Source of the DNA: Candidatus Latescibacterota bacterium
GTDB lineage: Bacteria; Latescibacterota; UBA2968
Direction: 5' to 3'
DNA length: 64,000 nt
Assembly (NCBI GenBank): GCA_965207885.1
Contig: OZ242311.1
Coordinates: 2,976,001-3,040,000, forward strand
The notes under the pieces were generated by a model. That model ran no database searches. It was not told the DNA's origin and was given only the letters and a program-made list of their open reading frames with translations. A program made the position numbers and the translations under genes. This document shows, piece after piece, positions 19,545 to 29,361 of this stretch. The stretch's first letter is position 1. Each line of letters begins with the position of its first letter.

Positions 19545-20198
19545 ATGGCACTAAAAGTTGAGCAGCTTTCTAAACACTTCGGCGATGTAAATGTTCTGCA
19601 GAATATATCCTTTGAAATGGCGGCGGGGCAATCGCTGAGTGTTATGGGACCTTCGGGGTCGGGGAAAAGCACCCTGTTGCATGTGCTGGGTACGCTGGAC
19701 CGACCATCTGAGGGTAGCCTCAAAATTGAGGGAGAGGACCCCTTTGCATTATCTGAAAACGAACTCGCGCGGTTTAGAAATCAGGGGATTGGATTTGTGT
19801 TTCAAGAGCACCATCTTTTGCCGCAATATTCGGTTCTGGAAAATGTTTTGATCCCGACGCTGGCATTTCGAAATGGCGATGCGCGAGACCGCGCCCGAGA
19901 GATTATTCATCGCGTGGGCTTGTCGCATCGCATTGATCACCGGCCCGCTGAATTATCCGGCGGCGAGCGACAGCGCACAGCTGTTGCGCGTGCCCTCATC
20001 AATTCTCCAGCATTGCTCTTGTGCGACGAACCAACAGGTAGCCTGGATGGGGCGCGAGCAGAGGAAATAGCCAATCTGCTGTTTGAATTGCACAAGCGAG
20101 AAAATAATATTCTGATCTGCGCGACGCACAGTTCGGTACTCGCTCATCGCTTTGAGCGGCGGTTTGATCTACAGGGGGGAACGTGCGTCGAAGTCTGA
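19545..20198 (+). CDS. ABC ATP-binding protein (LolD/MacB-like)
   Basis: GPSGSGKST, GFVFQ, LSGGERQR and LLCDEPTG. Confidence 0.92.
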   Translation: MALKVEQLSKHFGDVNVLQNISFEMAAGQSLSVMGPSGSGKSTLLHVLGTLDRPSEGSLKIEGEDPFALSENELARFRNQGIGFVFQEHHLLPQYSVLENVLIPTLAFRNGDARDRAREIIHRVGLSHRIDHRPAELSGGERQRTAVARALINSPALLLCDEPTGSLDGARAEEIANLLFELHKRENNILICATHSSVLAHRFERRFDLQGGTCVEV

Positions 20199-23100
20199 TC
20201 TATTTCTGGCGAATTAATCTGGCTGTTATGCTCGGCGTGGCAGTGGCGACAGCTGTTCTGACAGGTGCTTTGATCGTGGGTGATTCCGTGCGCGGCAGCT
20301 TGCGGGATTTGTCGCTGAGTCGTCTGGGCAAAATTGACCACGCTCTGGTATCCGAGCGATTTTTTCGCGCACATCTGGAGCGCGATCTGGAGCGTGAACT
20401 CGACACTCAGGATGTTGTATCGGCTATCAGTCTGAGTGGAACAGCTGTTCACGCAAGATCGAATACGCGGGCTTCTCGCGTTCAAATTCAGGGTATTGAC
20501 AATCGCTTTGCAAATCTGTTTGATCAAATACTGCCCGAGTTGACGATCGAGGGAATATTTCCATCGGTTGTTGTCAACGAATCCCTCCAAAAAGAACTCA
20601 ATGCACAGATTGGCGATGCCATTCTGTTGTCTTTTGAACAATCAGATGATATTCACCGCGAATCGCTATTTGGACGTGCTGATGGTGCAGTTCAAACAAT
20701 TCGACTGACGCTCGCAGGCGTGCTTCCCGATAGGGGAATGGGGCGCTTTGGTCTTTTCGCCCGCCAGACCGTTCCACTCAATGCATACCTGTCGCTGCCA
20801 GTTTTGCAAAAAGCGTTGGGGCAAAGAGGCCGCGTGAATACACTGCTGGTGTCGGGTGATTCTGATACAGACGTTCAGGAAGTACTTTCCCGCGTTGCAA
20901 CGCCCGATGATCTCGGCATTATCATCCGCCGAGAGACCGATTATTTCGCTATTGAGAGCACGCAGTTTATTCTCAAATCCCATATTGCGGAAACTATTCA
21001 ACAAGTATCTGCTGAATTAAACGCGCCCCATATGTCCATTCTCACCTATCTGGCGAATACCACGCAGGTGGGGGAGAGAGAATTGCCCTATTCTACAATT
21101 TCTGCGTTAGATGTTGGGAATTTGGGGACTTTTCAGCTTGTAGATGGATTACTACAACTCGGGGAAGACGATATTTTGCTGAATACCTGGGCGGCTGAGG
21201 ATTTGAACGCACAGGTTGGCGATGAAGTGAAAGTTGCCTATTACGAAGTCGCTCCTGGGGAAAAACTCCTGACCCGTTGGGCGATATTTCAGCTCAAGGG
21301 CATTGTTGCAATGGCGGGATTGGGCGCAGATGAAAAGTTGTCTCCCGATTATCCTGGCCTTGGTGATGCAAATAATATGGCAGATTGGGAAGCCCCCTTT
21401 CCCATAGATCTGAGTCGCGTTCGTCCCGAGGATGAAGATTATTGGGATACCTATCGCGATGCGCCAAAAGCCTTTGTATCCGCCGCGACTGGGCAGCGAT
21501 TGTGGCAAAGTCGATTTGGCGTATTAACCGCCATACGCATTGGGGCTATTGCGGGAGAAGATATCGAAACAACGGCGAAACGATTTGAGGATCGCTTGCT
21601 GAAAAACATCGCGCCCGAATCGGCTGGTCTGATATTTCAGCCCGTCAAACAGCAGGGCCTGGCCGCTTCTGCAGGGGCAACGGACTTTAGCGGGCTGTTT
21701 ATTGCATTCAGCCAATTTTTGATTATCTCCGCGGCTCTTCTGGTCGGATTATTATTTCGCCTGAGTGTGGAGCAGCGGGGCAGAGAAGTCGGGATGCGGA
21801 TGGTATCGGGATATTCGGGAAAAAAAATTCGCCGACTCTTTAGTTGCGAGAGCCTTGTGCTGGCCGGTGTGGGCGGTATCACAGGGCTAATAGGCGGTGT
21901 TTTCTATGCCTATCTGATTATAGTGGGATTGCGCACTTATTGGGTTGGCGCGGTTGGTACGTCTGATCTCGCGCTCCACATCCACGCATCGAGTTTGTTG
22001 CTGGGCTATGCTATTTCACTGATCGTGATCCTGCTGGCAATCTGGCTCACGCTGCGCCGTTTGGGCAATATTTCTGTTCGCGCATTATTATCGGGTGTTA
22101 CGGAAGTGGTGCGCGCAAAGTCGCGCACCAAATGGTATGCCCTGGTCAGCCTTATCCTCGCCGCGCTCAGTCTGGGGGGCGCTGTGGCGGTGGATCCATC
22201 AGCGGGTACGGGTTTGTTTTTCGTTAGTGGTGCGCTGTGGATGGTTTCGGGATTGTGCTTTCTCTCGCTCTGGTTCAGGCGCGGGCATCGCTCTGTGAGA
22301 GAAGGTATTATTGGGATGGGGGTGCAAAATAGCAAGCGGCAGCCCGCGCGAAGTTTGCTGTGTGCCTCACTCATCGGTTGTGCGTGTTTTGTCATTGTTG
22401 CAGTAGGCGCGAACAGGCGAACTGATCTGACTCAAAATATCGCGCAGGACAAAGCCTCTGGCACGGGAGGCTTTGCTCTCATCGCCGAAGTTGATGTGCC
22501 GATTTATCGGGATTTCAATTCAAAAGAAGGACAATTTGAACTCGGGTTTTCGCAAACAGATGCAGAACTTTTGAATCAGGCGCAGTTCATCCCGCTGCGC
22601 GTTTTGCCGGGTGAAGATGCGAGTTGCCTCAATCTTTACAAGCCCGACAGCCCGCGCGTTCTGGGTGTTCCCGAAGCTTTGCGTCAGCGAGGTGGTTTTA
22701 CGTTTCAGCAAACGAGTACCGAAGTGGAAAATCCCTGGACTCTATTATCCGAGGATTTGGGTGCAGATGTGATCCCGGCAATTGGGGATTACAATTCGGC
22801 TATGTGGATCTTGCACAAGCAATTAGGCGATGATATTGTGTTGCAGAATGAGATGGGGGGAACAGTCAAGTTGAGACTGGTGGGCTTGTTAAAGACGAGT
22901 ATTTTTCAAAGTGAATTGCTGATTTCCGAAGACAATTTTTTGCGGCACTTTCCCGACCAGAGTGGGTATGGTGCTTTTCTCGTTGAAACACAACAACCCG
23001 TTCAGCTTACTGCGCTTGTGGAAAGCCGATTAAAAGATATCGGGTTAGACGCCGTATCTACAACACAAAAACTCGCGCATTTTCAGGAGGTCGAAAACAC

Positions 23101-23482
23101 GTATCTCTCCACCTTTCAAACACTGGGGGGATTGGGCCTGCTGTTGGGCACGCTCGGGTTGGGAATCGTTCTATTGAGAAATGTTATTGAAAGACGCGGT
23201 GAATTGGCGGTTCTGCGAGCCTTTGGCTTTCGCCGCGCTGTGCTGTCGCGCATGTTGCTCGCGGAGAATGGGTTTTTAATGCTCGTGGGTCTGGCTATTG
23301 GCAGCGTCTCCGCGCTTATTGCAGTAGCGCCCCATGTCATGAGCTATGGTGCGTTAATTCCTTGGGGATCGCTGGCTCTCACGCTTGTCATCATATACGG
23401 CGCGGGCCTCATCGCAAGCGCGATAGCTGTTTTCTTCGCCCTGCGAGCACCTTTATTGCCCGCGTTGAAACAGGAGATGTGA
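20183..23482 (+). CDS. Large fused FtsX/MacB-like ABC permease
   Basis: Two FtsX-type halves (VEQRGREVGMR..G, IERRGELAVLRAFGF) with large periplasmic loops. Overlaps the ATPase stop. Confidence 0.85.
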   Translation: MRRSLIYFWRINLAVMLGVAVATAVLTGALIVGDSVRGSLRDLSLSRLGKIDHALVSERFFRAHLERDLERELDTQDVVSAISLSGTAVHARSNTRASRVQIQGIDNRFANLFDQILPELTIEGIFPSVVVNESLQKELNAQIGDAILLSFEQSDDIHRESLFGRADGAVQTIRLTLAGVLPDRGMGRFGLFARQTVPLNAYLSLPVLQKALGQRGRVNTLLVSGDSDTDVQEVLSRVATPDDLGIIIRRETDYFAIESTQFILKSHIAETIQQVSAELNAPHMSILTYLANTTQVGERELPYSTISALDVGNLGTFQLVDGLLQLGEDDILLNTWAAEDLNAQVGDEVKVAYYEVAPGEKLLTRWAIFQLKGIVAMAGLGADEKLSPDYPGLGDANNMADWEAPFPIDLSRVRPEDEDYWDTYRDAPKAFVSAATGQRLWQSRFGVLTAIRIGAIAGEDIETTAKRFEDRLLKNIAPESAGLIFQPVKQQGLAASAGATDFSGLFIAFSQFLIISAALLVGLLFRLSVEQRGREVGMRMVSGYSGKKIRRLFSCESLVLAGVGGITGLIGGVFYAYLIIVGLRTYWVGAVGTSDLALHIHASSLLLGYAISLIVILLAIWLTLRRLGNISVRALLSGVTEVVRAKSRTKWYALVSLILAALSLGGAVAVDPSAGTGLFFVSGALWMVSGLCFLSLWFRRGHRSVREGIIGMGVQNSKRQPARSLLCASLIGCACFVIVAVGANRRTDLTQNIAQDKASGTGGFALIAEVDVPIYRDFNSKEGQFELGFSQTDAELLNQAQFIPLRVLPGEDASCLNLYKPDSPRVLGVPEALRQRGGFTFQQTSTEVENPWTLLSEDLGADVIPAIGDYNSAMWILHKQLGDDIVLQNEMGGTVKLRLVGLLKTSIFQSELLISEDNFLRHFPDQSGYGAFLVETQQPVQLTALVESRLKDIGLDAVSTTQKLAHFQEVENTYLSTFQTLGGLGLLLGTLGLGIVLLRNVIERRGELAVLRAFGFRRAVLSRMLLAENGFLMLVGLAIGSVSALIAVAPHVMSYGALIPWGSLALTLVIIYGAGLIASAIAVFFALRAPLLPALKQEM

Positions 23483-23488
23483 GGCGCG

Positions 23489-25024
23489 TTAATTTATTTT
23501 TTTAAGTGAAAGTTCATAGCACGCTGCTTCTCGATCATTTCGCACGAGGAGATAGGGCGCGGCAAGTGTGGGCGCATTCCAGGTATGGCTGCCCAGGGCG
23601 GGGAAGCGCGCGCGTTCATTGTGTTCAATTGGCGAGGCATCGACGAGCACGACATCGCCCGATTCGGTCTGGATGAGCAAGAGGTCATCTACGAGAATGA
23701 GTTGTCCGTGCCCGTAGCGCCCTCGCTTCCATTTGCGTTGCCCATCCGCCAGATCCAAACACACGAGGACGCCGTCGTCCAGTCCGTAAATATACCCGTC
23801 TTTATAGACCATATTGGCAAATTTGGCTTTGAGACGAGGGCTTTTCCATATCCGTTTGGCAGTAAATTCATCCCGACTGTTTTTCGCAATTTGAATCAAT
23901 TCACTGCCGATACCATAACCTGTTGATACAAAGATGCTGTCTCCGGGCAGTGGAATGGGTTGGGCAACGTGTTGCGTCATCCCACCAGTCCAGGGATATT
24001 CCCATAGCAACTTGCCGGAAATTGGATCGTGACCCGCGACTTGCCCCCTGTTAAAAATGAGTAATTGATCCATTCCCGCTATGGAGGCCAAACTGGGCGA
24101 GCTATGCCCTGCTCTTGTACGGCCACCTCCCCAGATAATAGTACCGGTTTCTCTGTCATAAGCCATCAGCGATTGCTCATTTCGTCCGCCCGGACTCACG
24201 ATCACTTTGTCGTCTAAAACGAGAGGCGAACCGCTCATGCCCCATTCTTTAACGCGCGCATTGGTTTCTTTCACGGTGTCGCGTGACCAGATTTCTCGAC
24301 CGGTTTCCAAATCGAGACAGGTGAGGATGCCGGTTGCGCCAAAAGAATAAACGCGGTTGTTCGATATGGTTGGCGTGGCTCGCGGACCAATTCCGGCAAT
24401 CGCGGTTTCATATCGCGCACGCGCGCTGTGACGCCATTTCTCTTTTCCGGTCAAGAGGTCGTAACAGGCAACGGTTTCGTCTTCGCCTTTTTGCTCTTGA
24501 GTCACGGCAGAGCGGCCAACAACGGCAAAGGCGGAATAGGCCTCACCGACGGGTACGCGCCAGAGTAATTTGGGGGGATTTTGAACCCAATCGGACTCCA
24601 GTTTTATTCCATTGAGTATGGCGTTGCGGTGTGGACCCAAAAATTGAGGATAGTCTGTATCGGGACCATCTGAAGACTGTCCCGACACGGATATCGCTGT
24701 AACAGAAGACCAGCGCCACTCTATCTTGGGAGCCAGATCGCCCGTAAAACCGCGAATTTGAAATAATGAAACTGTCAGGATGATCAGGAGTATAAGAATA
24801 CTTAGACCCCGCAGGCGGATTTTTCGACTCGCTCGGGAAAAAGCAAAGAACCAGAGACAGAGCAAAATAGAGCCGATTGAGCAGACGAGTATGGTCGGCA
24901 TAACCTGCATCTGGCGGTTTGGCCTGTCGGGAATCCAGATTGCCGATAATACAATGATCATCAATGCGGCGATCGCAATAGCGGGCCACCATCGAATGGG
25001 TTTGGGATAAAGAGGAGCAGGCAT
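23489..25024 (-). CDS. Membrane-anchored PQQ-like beta-propeller protein
   Basis: Three N-terminal TM helices, then YPQFLGPHR, GPRATP and WKRGRYGHGQ. Confidence 0.85.
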   Translation of the reverse strand: MPAPLYPKPIRWWPAIAIAALMIIVLSAIWIPDRPNRQMQVMPTILVCSIGSILLCLWFFAFSRASRKIRLRGLSILILLIILTVSLFQIRGFTGDLAPKIEWRWSSVTAISVSGQSSDGPDTDYPQFLGPHRNAILNGIKLESDWVQNPPKLLWRVPVGEAYSAFAVVGRSAVTQEQKGEDETVACYDLLTGKEKWRHSARARYETAIAGIGPRATPTISNNRVYSFGATGILTCLDLETGREIWSRDTVKETNARVKEWGMSGSPLVLDDKVIVSPGGRNEQSLMAYDRETGTIIWGGGRTRAGHSSPSLASIAGMDQLLIFNRGQVAGHDPISGKLLWEYPWTGGMTQHVAQPIPLPGDSIFVSTGYGIGSELIQIAKNSRDEFTAKRIWKSPRLKAKFANMVYKDGYIYGLDDGVLVCLDLADGQRKWKRGRYGHGQLILVDDLLLIQTESGDVVLVDASPIEHNERARFPALGSHTWNAPTLAAPYLLVRNDREAACYELSLKKIN

Positions 25025-25097
25025 AAAATTCCTTTTTTTAGTTGTTAGATGTTAGTCCGCCAAATCTCTATCTCCAACGTAAATAAAAAAGAAAGGT

Positions 25098-25126
25098 TTG
25101 ACAACCATTCATTAAACAGATATTTT
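25098..25126 (+). promoter_or_regulatory. Candidate sigma70 promoter
   Basis: TTGACA-17 bp-TATTTT with an upstream A-rich tract in a divergent intergenic region. Confidence 0.45.
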
Positions 25127-25171
25127 GGATCTCTAAATTGCAAAATATCACATCACAGAAAGGAGTTTGCG

Positions 25172-26485
25172 ATGAAGAAATGGATTTTGATTTTGATGGG
25201 TTTTTGTCTCATTCCGATTTTGGTTCAGGCAAAACACCATGCGGCGAAGGAAACACAGAATTGGCCCCACCTGCGGGGACCGAATGTAAATGGACTGGTG
25301 GATACGGGCAATCCTCCCGTGGAATGGAGCGAAGATACCAATATCCGATGGAAAGTAAAAATTCCGGGTACGGGTCACGCCACGCCCATTATATGGGGCG
25401 ATAAAATTTTTGTCCAGACTGCGGTTAAGACCGACAAAACCGTAGAAGTTGCCCAGACAGCCAGAAAGCCGTTGCCCACTCATATCTATCACTTTAAGCT
25501 GCTTGCACTGGATCGCAAAAGTGGCGATGTGGTGTGGGAAAAGACCGTGCGCGAGGCATTGCCCCACGAAGGCACCCATAAAACGGCTAATTATGCTGCC
25601 ACATCGGGTGTTACGGACGGCGAGCATCTGTACGCCTTTTTCGGTTCATGGGGACTTTACTGTTTTGACTTTGATGGCAATTTGAAATGGGATAAGGACC
25701 TGGGCGATATGAGAGTTGCAGGTTCTTTCGGAGAAGGTTCATCGCCGACGATTCACGGCAATACGCTGATTATCAATTGGGATCACCAGGGCAATTCGTT
25801 TATTGTCGCGCTGGATAAACGCACGGGTGAGGAAATCTGGCGCACGGCGCGACGGGAAAGAACGACGTGGACCACACCGATCGTTGTCGAACACAAGGGC
25901 ACGCAACAGATTATTGTGGGCGCGAGTGGAAAGACCCGAAGTTACGATCTCAAAACCGGCGATGTCTTGTGGGAATGCGCGGGACTGGGGTCAAATGTCA
26001 TTCCCACCGCTGTCTATGCCGATGGCATCGTCTATGTTACAAGCGGTCATAGAGACCCGGCCATGCAGGCGATTTCACTCGACAAAGCCAAAGGCGATAT
26101 TACGGGTACAGATGCCATTCTGTGGACTGTTACTGGCAACTACACCCCTTATGTTTCCTCGCCTCTTCTTTCCGGAAACAATATCTATAGCATGAGAAAA
26201 ACTTCTAACATTTTGTTCTGTTTCAATGCCAAAACAGGCGAAATGGTTTTCGGTCCCGAGCGACTCCAGGGCCTGAATCGCATATATGCCCCGCTGGTTG
26301 GCACAAGCGACCGCATTTACCTCGCCGGGCTGGCCGGCATGACATTTGTGATCAAGAACGGCAGCGAATTTGAAGTGCTCGCAAAAAATAAACTCGACGA
26401 GGGCACTGGCGCATCTCCCATTATCGCGGGCGACGAGTTGTATTTGCGCGGCAGTGAACATCTTTATTGTATTGCTGCAAATTAA
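25172..26485 (+). CDS. PQQ-like beta-propeller protein, secreted
   Basis: AAGGAG RBS, signal peptide, NWPHLRGP, FGEGSSP and ALDKRTGEEIW. Confidence 0.85.
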   Translation: MKKWILILMGFCLIPILVQAKHHAAKETQNWPHLRGPNVNGLVDTGNPPVEWSEDTNIRWKVKIPGTGHATPIIWGDKIFVQTAVKTDKTVEVAQTARKPLPTHIYHFKLLALDRKSGDVVWEKTVREALPHEGTHKTANYAATSGVTDGEHLYAFFGSWGLYCFDFDGNLKWDKDLGDMRVAGSFGEGSSPTIHGNTLIINWDHQGNSFIVALDKRTGEEIWRTARRERTTWTTPIVVEHKGTQQIIVGASGKTRSYDLKTGDVLWECAGLGSNVIPTAVYADGIVYVTSGHRDPAMQAISLDKAKGDITGTDAILWTVTGNYTPYVSSPLLSGNNIYSMRKTSNILFCFNAKTGEMVFGPERLQGLNRIYAPLVGTSDRIYLAGLAGMTFVIKNGSEFEVLAKNKLDEGTGASPIIAGDELYLRGSEHLYCIAAN

Positions 26486-26497
26486 AAGAGGATAGCT

Positions 26498-27448
26498 ATG
26501 CGGCACAAAGCATTACTCATCTTTGCGGTAGCCATGTTCATCGGCTGTGGCGCGCCTCAGGATCGAGAGGATAAATTTCTCAGTGTGGGCACGGCGCCGC
26601 CCGGTGGTGCGTTTTTTGTTGTGGGGGGTGCGATTGCCCAGGTTGTCAACGATCACATGCCCTGGGAGGTTTCTGCCGAGGCCACCAAAGGTACGCAGGA
26701 GAATATTCGCCGCCTTTCGAGTGGGGAACTGGATTTTGCGCTGGCCAATGCCGCGATTTCCTATTTTGCCGTGCGCGGAGAAGGCGCCTGGGGAGAGAAA
26801 CAGAATATCAATGCGGTTATGACATTGGCGCCGAATGTCGCGCTTTTTATTGCGCCACAAAGCGCGGGTGTCAATGGTTTGGGCGATCTCAAGGGCAAGC
26901 GCGTTGTCGTTGGGCCAGCGGGTGCGGGATTTGAGTATTTCTTAAGACCCATCCTGAATGCGCACGGGGTCACTTATGACGATTTCACACCGCTTCACAA
27001 TACGCAGGCGGGAACGGTTGACATGCTCGCCGATGGATCGGCTGCGGCGGCTTTTTTAGGGGGCGCAGTGCCCACGGCCTCAATCACTCAGGCCAGTGCG
27101 TCTCAGGATATTTATTTTATTCCCTACGATGAGTCGGCCAAACAAAGCCTTTTTGAGACTTATCCTTTCTTTTTTGCCGCAACGATTCCCGCCAATACGT
27201 ACCGGGGACAAGCAGAGGATTTCGCCGGGATGAATGTCGGTTCTATGCATCTCATCACGCGGGCGAGTTTGAGCGAGGATACGGTTTACAATTTTACCAA
27301 AACGCTCTATGAACGCCGCGCGGAAGTCGTAAAAAAACACCCGGCGGGCAGGGCGATAAATCCCAAGAATATCGTTCGAGATACAGGGACGCCTTTTCAT
27401 CCGGGTGCGATAAAATATTTCAAGGAAATTGGTATCTGGCAGGATTAA
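26498..27448 (+). CDS. TRAP transporter TAXI-family solute receptor (lipoprotein)
   Basis: Lipobox FIGC, GTAPPGGAFF, TKGTQEN and PFHPGAIKYF. Confidence 0.9.
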   Translation: MRHKALLIFAVAMFIGCGAPQDREDKFLSVGTAPPGGAFFVVGGAIAQVVNDHMPWEVSAEATKGTQENIRRLSSGELDFALANAAISYFAVRGEGAWGEKQNINAVMTLAPNVALFIAPQSAGVNGLGDLKGKRVVVGPAGAGFEYFLRPILNAHGVTYDDFTPLHNTQAGTVDMLADGSAAAAFLGGAVPTASITQASASQDIYFIPYDESAKQSLFETYPFFFAATIPANTYRGQAEDFAGMNVGSMHLITRASLSEDTVYNFTKTLYERRAEVVKKHPAGRAINPKNIVRDTGTPFHPGAIKYFKEIGIWQD

Positions 27449-27474
27449 ATGGTTTTGAAAATTAGTCAGGCTCT

Positions 27475-29361
27475 ATGACGCGCCTCCATTCCCACCTGTT
27501 TCGCATTATCTCTGCCCTACTCGGCCTTTTCATTCTGGTCGAAGTCAATTATCCGCAACTCTCACCACAAGCCCAGCTATCGGTTTTTGCCTTGCTGGGC
27601 TTGAGTCTTGTGTTTCTGAAATATCCGATCCATCCCAATAAATCTCTCCAGATCCTCGATCTCTTTTTTGTGCTGGCAGTTGTGTTCTGTTTTGGTTATG
27701 TGCTGACCCAAACCGAATCCCTCTTTCAATTTTCCTGGATCAATGGGCAATCTCTGGGCAATCGCGCGGGACTCGAACACGCGCTCGATCACGTTGTCGG
27801 CCTCATCGGGCTTATTCTGGTTCTCGAAGCCACCCGTCGCGCCATTGGTCTCACCCTGCCCTTGCTCGCACTCGCTTTTCTGATTTATGCCGCTTATGGA
27901 TATATCCTGCCCGACTGGCTTTTTCCTCACCGCGGATATAACTGGGAGCGCATTGTCTCTCAGACCTATCTCCACTCTCAGGGCGTTTTTGGCATCGCGT
28001 TGAAAGTGATGTTTACCTACGTTTTTCTTTTTGTACTTTTTGGCACTGTGCTCGAAGAGACCGGAGCCACGGGGTATATTCTGAATACGGCTCGTCGCAT
28101 CTTTCGCCATAGTACCGGGGGACCAGCCAAAGTGGCTGTTATTTCTTCGGGTATGATGGGGTCTCTTTCGGGCAGTGCTGTGGCCAATACGGCGACCACT
28201 GGCACGTTTACTATTCCGCTGATGCGCTCAACGGGCTTTCGTCCAACTGTGGCTGGCGGAATTGAAGCCGCAGCGAGTTCGGGTGGTGCGCTCGTTCCGC
28301 CGATTATGGGGGCGGGTGCATACATGATGCTCGAAATCGTCGAACCGGCTGTCACGTATTTGGAGATCATCAAAGCCGCTCTGGTTCCGGCAATTCTCTA
28401 TTACGCGGCTCTTTTGCTGATTGTCCATTTTCACGCCAAGCGCATTGGGGCGTCTGCAAGTGATCGAGAGGATCCTGAGCGCCCTCCCAGATTCCGGGGT
28501 CTGGTATTTCTCGTCGCTTTCATCACACTTATTGTATTTCTCATCCTGGGATACACGCCTTTCCGCGCCGTGAGTATCGCCCTACTCTTTGTGCTCATTG
28601 TCAGCGCGTTCAGCCCCACAACGCGCGTTGGTCCCCGCGCTATGGTCCGCGCATTGGAAAAGGCCGCGCACGGCGGTGTTTCGCTTATTGCAGCGGCTTC
28701 ATGCGTGGGTATTATTATCGGCGTTGTGACGCTCACTGGTATTGGCACAAAATTGCCGAGCACTTTGTTGCCGCTGGCGCAGAATAATATTATTCTGGCT
28801 TTGATTCTGCTGATGATCTCCACCATTATCCTGGGTATGGGCTTGCCTTCAGCCGTGTGTTATTTGCTTATGGCGACTCTGGTGGGCCCCGTTCTGAGCG
28901 ACCTCGGCATTGTGCCATTGGGAGCGCATCTGTTTATTTTTTATTTTGGCATGATGTCTATGGTTACGCCTCCAGTCGCGCTTGCTGCGTACACGGCTGC
29001 CGCGATTGCAAAGGCGAGTATTATGCAAACTGGCGTTACGGCTTTCCGCTTTGCCCTTGTGGGCTTTGCTTTGCCCTATGCCTTTGTTCTGCATCCCGAA
29101 ATTTTGCTCTTGTCCTCTGATTTTACTGCGATAGTCGCAAATATTCTCATCGTTTTGCTCGGCATTTTACCTCTATCAGCCGCCGCGGCCGGGCATGCCT
29201 TTGCCCCTTTGCCCACTTATCAGCGGATCCTTTTGCTCGCCGCGGCTCTTTTCTTATTTCTCACCCCATCAGGCGATGCCCGCCTCTTTTTGCAGGGTAT
29301 CGCGCTGCTCATCGCCGGTGTTATCGCGGTCTTAAACTATCGGTCTGCTCATCAGGACTGA
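27475..29361 (+). CDS. TRAP transporter fused 4TM/12TM permease
   Basis: GGPAKVAV, SGSAVAN, EAAASSGG..PPIMGA and VTPPVALAAY. Confidence 0.92.
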   Translation: MTRLHSHLFRIISALLGLFILVEVNYPQLSPQAQLSVFALLGLSLVFLKYPIHPNKSLQILDLFFVLAVVFCFGYVLTQTESLFQFSWINGQSLGNRAGLEHALDHVVGLIGLILVLEATRRAIGLTLPLLALAFLIYAAYGYILPDWLFPHRGYNWERIVSQTYLHSQGVFGIALKVMFTYVFLFVLFGTVLEETGATGYILNTARRIFRHSTGGPAKVAVISSGMMGSLSGSAVANTATTGTFTIPLMRSTGFRPTVAGGIEAAASSGGALVPPIMGAGAYMMLEIVEPAVTYLEIIKAALVPAILYYAALLLIVHFHAKRIGASASDREDPERPPRFRGLVFLVAFITLIVFLILGYTPFRAVSIALLFVLIVSAFSPTTRVGPRAMVRALEKAAHGGVSLIAAASCVGIIIGVVTLTGIGTKLPSTLLPLAQNNIILALILLMISTIILGMGLPSAVCYLLMATLVGPVLSDLGIVPLGAHLFIFYFGMMSMVTPPVALAAYTAAAIAKASIMQTGVTAFRFALVGFALPYAFVLHPEILLLSSDFTAIVANILIVLLGILPLSAAAAGHAFAPLPTYQRILLLAAALFLFLTPSGDARLFLQGIALLIAGVIAVLNYRSAHQD

